44,724 bases of DNA, taken from Candidatus Peribacteraceae bacterium (lineage in GTDB: Bacteria; Patescibacteriota; Gracilibacteria; Peribacterales; Peribacteraceae). A model generated the notes under the pieces. The model was not told the origin of the DNA. It did not search any database and worked only from the letters and a program-made list of their open reading frames with translations. Position 1 is the stretch's first letter. Every line of letters begins with the position of its first letter. Made by a program: the position numbers and the translations under genes. Below, piece after piece: positions 31,358-40,300 of the stretch. Where the stretch lies: assembly GCA_013140485.1 (NCBI GenBank), contig JABFSS010000068.1, forward strand, positions 1-44,724. The letters are read 5' to 3'.

Positions 31358-31810
31358 ATGGGCGTTCTCGAGTATATCCACGAACAGTCACTTCCATTGG
31401 ATGAATTACTCACAAGAGTGCGGGTGCATTACTCTGCCGCGAAGAATCTGGAGGAGAAGCATGGGTATGTCCAATCCACCGTCGAGCAATGGATAGGTAC
31501 ACACTTGGCATCATGCACGGTGCAAGAAGCGGTGGAGAAAATACGAGCGTGGGGAAGCTCCATCGGGAAAGTTGGTCTCTCTTCCGACTTGGGTCAGGCG
31601 CCTGCCGTTGTGCTCCACATTCTGATACAGACGATGCTTGAAAAACATGGAGCAGACCCAACGGCAATTTCTCGAATTGCGGCAGAAGAGCGCACACTCG
31701 CACTGGATTTAATCACGGATGCCGGAACGATGAGCGACGCGTTTGTAATGCGCTGCATGATGCAATACAAATGGAATATCGTTCGCATCACGAAAACACC
31801 CACAACGTGA
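31358..31810 (+). CDS. Hypothetical protein
   Basis: 150-aa ORF divergent from secA. Confidence 0.65.
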   Translation: MGVLEYIHEQSLPLDELLTRVRVHYSAAKNLEEKHGYVQSTVEQWIGTHLASCTVQEAVEKIRAWGSSIGKVGLSSDLGQAPAVVLHILIQTMLEKHGADPTAISRIAAEERTLALDLITDAGTMSDAFVMRCMMQYKWNIVRITKTPTT

Positions 31811-31848
31811 GCGTCACCACTTCCTTATTCTTTGCTACGGAGAATTGT

Positions 31849-31877
31849 TTGACAATTGTCTGACATTTCACTAGCAT
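31849..31877 (+). promoter_or_regulatory. Sigma70 promoter of the TA pair with an overlapping palindrome (possible operator)
   Basis: TTGACA-17-TAGCAT 6 nt before ATG 31884; palindrome gacaattgtc at 31851-31860. Confidence 0.7.
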
Positions 31878-31883
31878 GAAGAC

Positions 31884-32120
31884 ATGCAATCCAAGACCGT
31901 CAAAACCCGGGAATTCCTGCGCAATTTCAAGACAATCAAAGGACAGCTGACGAGCGGGCGCATTCACTACGTGGTCATCGATATAGGAGAGAATCGCGAA
32001 CTGAAACTGTCGGTGAGACGTCCGCCCAGCAACGGGAAGGATCTGGCGCGCTTGTTTTCTTCTTTGCCCAAACCGATTCGCATCCGCAGAACCCATCTCT
32101 TTGATGAACTTTTCCAGTGA
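31884..32120 (+). CDS. Putative antitoxin (Phd/YefM-like N-terminus)
   Basis: KTVKTREFLRNF start; 78 aa; immediately upstream of a PIN toxin. Confidence 0.7.
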   Translation: MQSKTVKTREFLRNFKTIKGQLTSGRIHYVVIDIGENRELKLSVRRPPSNGKDLARLFSSLPKPIRIRRTHLFDELFQ

Positions 32121-32124
32121 CCAC

Positions 32125-32508
32125 ATGCCGGACATTCTGATCGATACCAATATCGTTATTTATCTGTTCAAGAAGGAGAAAAAATACATCGATTTTATGG
32201 AATCAGGTGAGAAGAATGCCGGCATCAGCATTGTGACGTACATGGAAACACTCATCGGCGCGCAAAATGAGAGGGAGGAACAAACCATTCGGGCGTTTCT
32301 CGATCAATTTGAAGTCATACCCTTGGATATCGACATTGCCCGTCAGGCCGCTGCATGGATACGTCTAAAAAAGCAAAAAGGGATGAGGCATCCCGGAACT
32401 TCCGACACGATTATCGGACACACGGCCCTGTTTCTTGGCGTCCCACTTGTGACGAACAACCGAAAAGACTTCGCTGCATTCACAGGACTGAAGATTACTG
32501 TTCCATGA
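32125..32508 (+). CDS. PIN-domain (VapC-like) toxin
   Basis: ILIDTNIVI, ISIVTYME...G, D.IIG.TA......LVT.N.KDF. Confidence 0.92.
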   Translation: MPDILIDTNIVIYLFKKEKKYIDFMESGEKNAGISIVTYMETLIGAQNEREEQTIRAFLDQFEVIPLDIDIARQAAAWIRLKKQKGMRHPGTSDTIIGHTALFLGVPLVTNNRKDFAAFTGLKITVP

Positions 32509-32884
32509 GAGACTTTTCCCAAGCTTGTTGAAGAAGTTCGGCAAACATCTCCCCGAGCATCACCACACCGCGCTCTGCACACACGCCATGTATGGCGATC
32601 GCACCGTACGGAAGATCGGGCAGTACGGAAACTTTCGGCAAGCCAATGAGGCCGGTGGTTTCCCTGAGTGCAGCGGGAAGCGTATTCAGAATCTGAAAAT
32701 TGCAATAGAGCATGCTCCTGTAAATGCGTCCGCTGACTGCCCGCTGCAATCGGAGCTGTTCCATGATCGGCATTCTTAGGACTTCTACTGCACCTGGCAC
32801 TTCTTCAGCGCGAAACACAGCTGCAACATGGTGCTTGTTCTCCTCTTGAAAAAGGCGTGCCGCGTCCGGGGTCATTTTGACCAT
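32495..32884 (-). CDS. Hypothetical protein
   Basis: 129-aa ORF after tsaB. Confidence 0.55.
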   Translation of the reverse strand: MVKMTPDAARLFQEENKHHVAAVFRAEEVPGAVEVLRMPIMEQLRLQRAVSGRIYRSMLYCNFQILNTLPAALRETTGLIGLPKVSVLPDLPYGAIAIHGVCAERGVVMLGEMFAELLQQAWEKSLMEQ

Positions 32885-32895
32885 AAGGGATCATA

Positions 32896-33528
32896 TTACC
32901 ACCCCCTCCCATACCACGGCTGCAGGATTTGCTTCACATAGGTCTGTTTTTTGAGAAATGACGGCAGCACCTCTGCGATGGGAACCAGCGACGCTTCCTG
33001 AGCGCCCGCTTCATCGACAATTTTTCGGTGCTCGGGGATCAGCTCGCCCATCCACTGACTTCCCTCCTTTATTACCTTCTTCAGCTCATCGAGCGTGATG
33101 CACTGCGGCTCAGGAAATTTTTTGGCGAAGTCACCAAAGCTGCGAATGAAGAGTTCATTTTTTTTAGTTGAGTGAAGCCACAGGGCATTGTTGGTCAGCT
33201 CAGACGCCGACGTCTGAGCTGACGTGCGCGCGCGATACACATCACTCAAATGAACCCCGCACGATGGAATCTTGAGTTCATGACTAAGTGTATTCGCCAG
33301 CGCGACCGCCACCCGCAAACTTGTAAATCCTCCGGGCCCGACCACACATGCGATGTTCGTCAGGTCTTGATAGGACCAGCCTGCAGACAGGAGCGCCTTT
33401 TCTAGGCGCGGAACTAAAGATGCATCATCAATGCGATGATCGGCTCTTTCAGAAGCCAGAATTGCGTCATTAGTGACGGCGGCAATCAGACCATCATGGG
33501 ACGCAAGATCGAGGTAGAGTGTATGCAT
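32896..33528 (-). CDS. tsaB: tRNA threonylcarbamoyladenosine biosynthesis protein TsaB
   Basis: LYLDLAS start; IACVVGPGGFTSLRVAVALANTL; C-terminal P.Y. Confidence 0.9.
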   Translation of the reverse strand: MHTLYLDLASHDGLIAAVTNDAILASERADHRIDDASLVPRLEKALLSAGWSYQDLTNIACVVGPGGFTSLRVAVALANTLSHELKIPSCGVHLSDVYRARTSAQTSASELTNNALWLHSTKKNELFIRSFGDFAKKFPEPQCITLDELKKVIKEGSQWMGELIPEHRKIVDEAGAQEASLVPIAEVLPSFLKKQTYVKQILQPWYGRGW

Positions 33529-34378
33529 GGAGGCGCCCATTCTCTCCGTCATCATCCCCGCGCACAACCACCCGGAGATTCTCCGCAAAACCCTGGAGCA
33601 TCTTGAGCGGCAGACGATCGCGGACCAGATCGAGGTGATCATCGTCAACGACGGTGAAAAGTTAACCCTTCGTCAGACTCAGGGGAAAAGTGAAAAGCTG
33701 GACCTGCGAATTCTTGATGTTCCTCCGTGTCATCAGGGAACAGCGCGCAATATCGGCGCCAAGCTCGCTCACGGAAAATATGTGATGTTCATCGGCGACG
33801 ATATTTTTTTGGCGCCGGATGCGTGTGAGAAGCATGTGCACTCTCTTGATTCCCGATTCTCCGATCTCCGTTTCGCGGTGCTCGGCTTCACGACCTGGGA
33901 TCCCGCCTGCGGTATCACGCCGACGATGCGCTGGCTCGAACGCACGGGATGGCAATTCGGCTACCCGATGATCAAGCGGCACGCGCATCACTTCCTCCCC
34001 TCTCGCGTGCAACATCGCTTCACCTACACAAGTCACATCAGTTTGCCGACGAAGATCGCACGGAAGTTTCCGTTCCGTGAATACGTGACGCTGTATGGCT
34101 GGGAAGACATCGAATGGGGACTTCGGTTAAAGAACGCGGGCGTAAAGCTGCTGTACGAGCCGGGCGCCACAGCGCTCCATCATCATCACATTACGTTGAA
34201 AGATTCGCTCAAGAGAATGGAGACGCTCGGGAGATCGGCGGTCGTGATGGAGAGGCTGGTGCCGGAATTGAAATTGGTTCCACGAGGATGGAAGAAGCGA
34301 AAATACCGGATTGCGGCGATGCTGCCGGGGATGCGGGGGGCGCATGCCCGATCTTTTTTACAAGGACTGGCGGCATAG
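33527..34378 (+). CDS. Glycosyltransferase family 2
   Basis: LSVIIPAHN, EVIIVNDG, ARNIGA..A.G..V.FIGDD, YGWEDIEWGLRL. Confidence 0.93.
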   Translation: MEAPILSVIIPAHNHPEILRKTLEHLERQTIADQIEVIIVNDGEKLTLRQTQGKSEKLDLRILDVPPCHQGTARNIGAKLAHGKYVMFIGDDIFLAPDACEKHVHSLDSRFSDLRFAVLGFTTWDPACGITPTMRWLERTGWQFGYPMIKRHAHHFLPSRVQHRFTYTSHISLPTKIARKFPFREYVTLYGWEDIEWGLRLKNAGVKLLYEPGATALHHHHITLKDSLKRMETLGRSAVVMERLVPELKLVPRGWKKRKYRIAAMLPGMRGAHARSFLQGLAA

Positions 34379-34449
34379 CGCTTCCAATGGACGTTCGCAG
34401 CGCCGCGCCGTCCTTGCATCGGAGATGCAAACGCGTAGACTTTTTAGCA

Positions 34450-35085
34450 ATGAATCCCCACTCTTCCGCAAAAAACTCCGGCGCAGCGACCAAGACGAAA
34501 ACGTTATTGGAAGCGCTGAGTGGATGGCTTCCTTTAAAGAAAGAACAGGCCAAGTTGAAGAAGGTCGTCCCCGAGCTTTCCGACGAGGATCTTTCGAAAA
34601 TCAGTCGACTCTTGAAGAAGTGCGGCAAGCCTCCCGCGCCGTCGGGCAGTCTGCAGGATTATCTGAACTGGCACTTTGCGGAAAAGGAGAAGCGCGCGGA
34701 AATCGTGGAAAATCTCGCCGTGCTGCGCCCCAAGGAGCAAGAAGACATGAAGCGCGCGATCATGATGGAGGGCCGTCGTCTGACGGAGCCGGAACTCGAC
34801 GCCGTCTTCAAGAACGAAACGACGATGCTGCAGTATTTCTCGACGCTCACGGGCTCCCAACTCGAAGCGTACCTGCGCAAACTGGATGACCCCGCAGTGG
34901 AGATGCCCGCAAATGTAAAAAAGGGCATGAGGAAAATGTTCACGGCTTTCCGCGACGAGCGGCTGAAGTTCGAAGAAGCATGGGCGGAGAAAATCGGGCC
35001 GCATATAGAGGATATTGCCGCGACACAGACGATCATGGACCAACTTGGCCAACTGGAGAAAATCCAGAAACAACTTTCCCGCTAA
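34450..35085 (+). CDS. Hypothetical protein
   Basis: Helical-looking 211-aa ORF; the upstream extension overlaps GT2, so ATG 34450 was chosen. Confidence 0.7.
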   Translation: MNPHSSAKNSGAATKTKTLLEALSGWLPLKKEQAKLKKVVPELSDEDLSKISRLLKKCGKPPAPSGSLQDYLNWHFAEKEKRAEIVENLAVLRPKEQEDMKRAIMMEGRRLTEPELDAVFKNETTMLQYFSTLTGSQLEAYLRKLDDPAVEMPANVKKGMRKMFTAFRDERLKFEEAWAEKIGPHIEDIAATQTIMDQLGQLEKIQKQLSR

Positions 35086-35097
35086 CCCCCCTACTCT

Positions 35098-35811
35098 ATG
35101 GCACAGCGCAACGAAGTGCAGGAAGAAGATCCCGTCGAGCAGGCACCTGATGAGCGATACATCACCCTTCCCAATGGTTCGCAAATCACAATCTTGCAAT
35201 ATGAAGCCTGGCGCAACACAACTATTGCAGACGCCACCCAACTCATTGCGGCAAACGAACAAGGGCAATTAACCGAACAACAAAAAACTGATTTGCCCGA
35301 TACGGTGCAGAGTCTTCGTGACATCCTGGCGATACAACTTGATGATTCACAAGCAATTCGACGACGTGATCTTCGCGATACGAACTACAGCAATGTTGGT
35401 AAGGACCGGACGCTTCGGTACCAGCTGCGGGTCCTGCGCAATCTCGATCTTTCCCTGCATGCCCCCTTCGGAACGGCATGGGGACAGATGTTTAGTAATT
35501 TTATTGTCGAAGACATTTCAAATTTTTGCCACATCGAATCGCTGCGATTCACGGACTACGTTCGGCAATTCGTCAAAGTGGGTGGAGGTGCATTGGGCGG
35601 AGGCATCGCAGGAGGAGTTCTGGGAATGCTTGGTGGGAATGCTCTTGTTCCCGGTCCCGGCGGAGTAATCGGCGGAGGGGTTGTAGGAGCAGCCTTGGGA
35701 GGTGTGGGTGGATACCTTGCAATCGACCGGTGGTTTCGCAACCGGGCACACCGGCGTTATCCGATTTTGCGCGGAGGGACTCCTGCAGGACTCCATCCCG
35801 CACTGGCGTAG
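35098..35811 (+). CDS. Hypothetical membrane protein with glycine-zipper helices
   Basis: GGGALGGGIAGGVLG...GGVIGGGVVGAALGGVGG. Confidence 0.7.
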   Translation: MAQRNEVQEEDPVEQAPDERYITLPNGSQITILQYEAWRNTTIADATQLIAANEQGQLTEQQKTDLPDTVQSLRDILAIQLDDSQAIRRRDLRDTNYSNVGKDRTLRYQLRVLRNLDLSLHAPFGTAWGQMFSNFIVEDISNFCHIESLRFTDYVRQFVKVGGGALGGGIAGGVLGMLGGNALVPGPGGVIGGGVVGAALGGVGGYLAIDRWFRNRAHRRYPILRGGTPAGLHPALA

Positions 35812-35931
35812 TGGAGACCGGTTCGTCTCTTGCGCAAAGAGAAAAACCCGATATACTAGATGCATCAACGTATCTGGTAATTGACACTATTCCAACCTTG
35901 GAATGGTGGCTTCACCGTCCCCACCTATCTC

Positions 35932-37203
35932 ATGAAAGCATCATTCCTCGCCGCCATTAACCAAATCTGTTCCGAAAAGAACGTGAAGCCCGATCAGGTC
36001 ATCGAGGCCGTAAAACAGGCCATCGCCACCGCGTATCGGAAAGATTTCGGGAATAAAGAACAGGAGATCCGCGTGGAACTTGAGGAAGGCCGCGACATGC
36101 CGTCGATTCTTCTCGTGAAAGAAGTGGTGGAAGACGTGGAGAACGACAACTTTGAAATCAATCTCAAGGACGCGCGGAAGATCAAGCCCGACGTGGAAGT
36201 GGGCGACGAAATCGCGATCGACGTGACGCCGGTCGAGTACGGACGCATCGCGACGCAGGCGGCCAAGCAAGTGATCTTGCAGAAATTACAGGAGGCCGAG
36301 AAGCAGAGCTTGTACGAGATGTTCAAAGATCGTGAAGAGGAATTGCTGACGGCAAACGTGACGAAGGTCGACCCCAACTGGGTGACGCTCGAGATCGAAG
36401 GTATGACGGTGAGTCTCCCGTGGAGAGAGCAGATTCCCGGCGAGCACTACTACACCGGCAAGCGCATCCGCGTGTACCTGGATAAAGTGGAACTGACGGG
36501 AAAGGGCCCGCAGCTGCGGATTTCCCGCACGCACCCCAACCTCGTGAAGAAATTGCTCGAGCTTGAGATCCCCGAAGTCCGCAACGGCGACGTCGAGATC
36601 ATGGGCATCGCCCGCGACGCCGGCTTCCGCAGCAAAGTGGCAGTGAAGAGCAACGACCCGCGTATTGATCCGATCGGCGCGTGCGTTGGGCAGAAGGGCG
36701 TGCGTATTCAAGCCGTGATGGAAGAGATCAACGGCGAACGCGTCGACATGATCGAATATTCGCCCGATCCGATTAAATTGATTTCCCTCGCGCTCCAACC
36801 CGCCGCGATCTCCGCGGTCATCATCGTGAACGATGAAGAGCGACTCGATGACCAGGGCCGCAAAGTGAAGAAGCGCGCCGCCGTGTTCGTGGAAGAAGCG
36901 CAGCGTCCGATGGCGATCGGCAAGAAAGGCCAGAATATCCGCCTCGCGACACAGCTGACCGCCTACGAACTCGACATGTACAACTACGCCGAGCTGCCCG
37001 CCTTCAAAGCGAAGCTCGCGGAACTGCGCGGGGAGCCGATGCCGGCCGAAGCTGCCGTTGAAGTCAGCGAAGGCAGCGAAGGAGGATCCGCGGCAGATGA
37101 TGGGTCTGCAGGTGGCGCTTCAGCAACGACTGGCAATGATTCCGCCGCCGCGCCCGCCGCTACCGACGCGCCTCCCACGGAATCGGGAGAGAAAGCTGCA
37201 TAG
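35932..37203 (+). CDS. nusA: Transcription termination/antitermination factor NusA
   Basis: YGRIATQAAKQVI, ARDAG.RSKVAV, DPIGACVG.KG.RIQ, AIGKKGQNIRLA; low-complexity tail. Confidence 0.97.
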   Translation: MKASFLAAINQICSEKNVKPDQVIEAVKQAIATAYRKDFGNKEQEIRVELEEGRDMPSILLVKEVVEDVENDNFEINLKDARKIKPDVEVGDEIAIDVTPVEYGRIATQAAKQVILQKLQEAEKQSLYEMFKDREEELLTANVTKVDPNWVTLEIEGMTVSLPWREQIPGEHYYTGKRIRVYLDKVELTGKGPQLRISRTHPNLVKKLLELEIPEVRNGDVEIMGIARDAGFRSKVAVKSNDPRIDPIGACVGQKGVRIQAVMEEINGERVDMIEYSPDPIKLISLALQPAAISAVIIVNDEERLDDQGRKVKKRAAVFVEEAQRPMAIGKKGQNIRLATQLTAYELDMYNYAELPAFKAKLAELRGEPMPAEAAVEVSEGSEGGSAADDGSAGGASATTGNDSAAAPAATDAPPTESGEKAA

Positions 37204-37321
37204 CGGAAACTTACTAAGAAACGCGAGTAATTTAAGCAACGAAAGAGGATATTTTCCTGTACTGCATGGGCAATTTCGCTATGCTTCCAACCCTTCAATT
37301 TCTCTTTCCTTCTCCCCCCGT

Positions 37322-40300
37322 ATGCGCGCCCTGCCTTCGTTCTCCCGTGCCGTCTCGTCTTTTCTCATTGTCGCACTCAGCGTCGGCAGTTCCGTTTCAT
37401 TGCCGGCGATGGCCGTGGCGAAAGGGAGGACCGACGTGGTGCGATCCGAAGGACGCGCGCAGTACACCGCCGATCAGGTCATCGTGAAACTGAAGAATGC
37501 GCCGACGACGGACGCGGCATCCGCGATGACGAACATCGCGCGTGAGAAGGGAGTGCAGGTGAAGAACGTAAAAAATCTCCTCAGGAAAACGGCGCAGGTC
37601 AAAGGGAAGGCGAGGCTCGAAGCACTGGCCGATACGATCTTCACGGTCAACCTCAACGGCGGAGACCCTGTGGCGGTCGCGCGACAACTGAAGACCGATC
37701 CGCGCGTGGCGTTTGCCGAACCGAACTACAAACTGCATGCGCTTGTAACGCCCAATGATCCGCTCTACGGACAGCAGTGGGATCTGAGTAACACGGGGCA
37801 GACCGGCGGTACGACGGACGCGGACATTGATGCTCCCGAGGGCTGGAACACGACGCATGACAGCACTCTCACCGTCGCAGTCATCGACACCGGCGTCGAT
37901 TACACCCATCCGGACTTGGCGGGAAACATGTGGACCAACCCCGGGGAAATCGCCGGAAACGGCCTTGATGACGATGTAAACGGATACGTGGATGACGTTC
38001 ACGGGTACGACTTTGTGAACCGAGACGGCAATCCAATGGACGACTTCGGCCACGGCACGCACTGTGCCGGCACCATCGGTGCCAAGGGCAATAACGGCGT
38101 CGGGATCGCCGGCATCAATTGGAACGTGAAGATCGCCGCCCTCAAGTTCCTCGATTCGTCCGGCGGAGGTACCACCGAAGGCGCGGTGGAAGCGATTCTC
38201 TACGCCAATAAAATGGGCTTCAAAGTCACGAGCAACAGCTGGGGCGGCGGAGGGTTCTCCCAAATTCTCTACGATGCGATTGCCGCTGCGAACAGCGAAG
38301 GCAGAATCTTTATCGCGGCTTCCGGCAATGACGGATCGGACACCGACGCATTCCCGATGTACCCGGCTGCGTACGATCTGCCGAATATCATTTCGGTCGC
38401 CGCCACCGACCACAACGACGCGCTTTCCGGCTTTTCCAACTACGGCGCGGTCTCCGTCGATATCGCCGCACCCGGCGATGACACGCTCTCCACCGTGCCC
38501 ACGGGCTCCTGTCAACTGTGCGACCCCTCCGGGTACCTGCTCCTCAGCGGCACCTCCATGGCGACGCCGCACGTCGCGGGCGCTGCCGCACTGCTCTGGT
38601 CACGAGAACCCGGGCTGACCAACGCCCAGCTCAAGACCAAGCTCTTGGCACGCGTCGACACGCTCCCCTCGCTCACAGGAAAAATGGTGAGTGATGGTCG
38701 CATGAACCTGCAAACGCTCTTTGAAGTCGATACGACCGCCCCCTCTCCCGTCACCAACCTCACGGCAACGGCAACCGCATTCAACGCCATCGCCCTCACA
38801 TGGACGGCCACGGGCGACGATGCAACGACCGGCCGCGCGAGTCGTTACGATGTGCGCTACTCCACCGGCCCGATCACCGCAGGGAACTTCGCCACCGCGA
38901 CGGTCGCGACCGGCGAACCCGTTCCCGGGTCTGCCGGATCGGCGGAGTCGATGGTGATTCGCGGTCTTGACCCCCTCACAACGTACTACGTGGCGATGAA
39001 GGTTATCGACAACGTCGGGAATGCCTCCGCACTCTCCAACGTGCCCTCCGCAAAGACATTGGCAGCGACGACGATCTTCACCGACAACATGGAGAACGGC
39101 ATCAACGGCTGGGCCACCGGCGGCGTCATCTTCGACGCAGACAACCTTTGGCATCAGAGTACCCGCCGCAACGTGAGTCCGACGCATGCCTGGTACTACG
39201 GAAAGGAGAGTACGGGCAACTACGATACCGGCACGCATAACATCGGTACCTTGACCTCGCCCGTCATTTCGCTCAGCAACCTCACGAGCAGCGAACTTGT
39301 CTTCTCGCAATTCGTGGACACGGAGAACTTCTCCTTTGTCGATCTTGCCCAGGTGCAGGCGCGCGTCTTGACTTCCTCCGTATCGACATCGGCATCTCCG
39401 CTGTACGGTCCTCCGCCACTGCCCGATCCCAATCAATGGACGACGTTGCTCCAAACGGGAACCACAAACGGTATCTTTACGAAGGAGTCCGTCGATCTCA
39501 GCGCGTTCGACGGCAAAACCATTCAGATCCGGTTCCTATTCGATACGGTCGACGATTTCCTGAACGCATTCGAAGGCTGGTACGTCGATGATGTTTCCGT
39601 CCGGGGCACCTCCACCGCCGTCGGCGTCGACGTTCGCCCGACACTCAAACTTGCTCCGCAGATTCATGCCGGTGACACTCTTCCTGAGAGCTGGACTATC
39701 GAGGTGATTGGAGAAGGCAGCGCCACGGGCATCGTGTCGCAGACGCTCCCCGCAGGATTTGTCTTCCTGAATTCCGTTCCGGGTGGTCCGAACGGCTGCA
39801 AGCTCGTGGAAACCAACAAAGTGAGTTGCCCCTTTACAAACTTGAAGTCCGGCTCGCCGCAGGGTTACCTCGTCTACGTGAAGGTTCCGGCCAATTACCC
39901 GTGCAACACGAATTTCACGACGCAGATTGCGGTTGAGAGCAGTTCGGCCACCGATCCGACTCCGGGGAACAACACCTCGACGGCAACGACGAAGGTGACG
40001 TGCACCGGTAATTCGTCGTCTTCCAGTTCCAGCACGAGTTCGTCGAGTTCAACCTCATCGAGTTCAAGCTCTAGTTCCAGAACAAGCTCCTCGAGTTCGA
40101 GCTCCACCTCGTCGAGTTCGAGTTCGAGCTCCACGTCCTCAAGTTCAACGTCCTCCAGTTCCAGCAGCAGTTCATCGACGGGTCCCGGCGTCGATGTCCG
40201 CCCGACGCTCAAGCTTCCTCCGCAGATTCACGCCGGTAGCGATCTCCCGGAAAACTGGATCATGGAAGTTCTGGGTTCAGGCAATGCGACGGGTACCATC

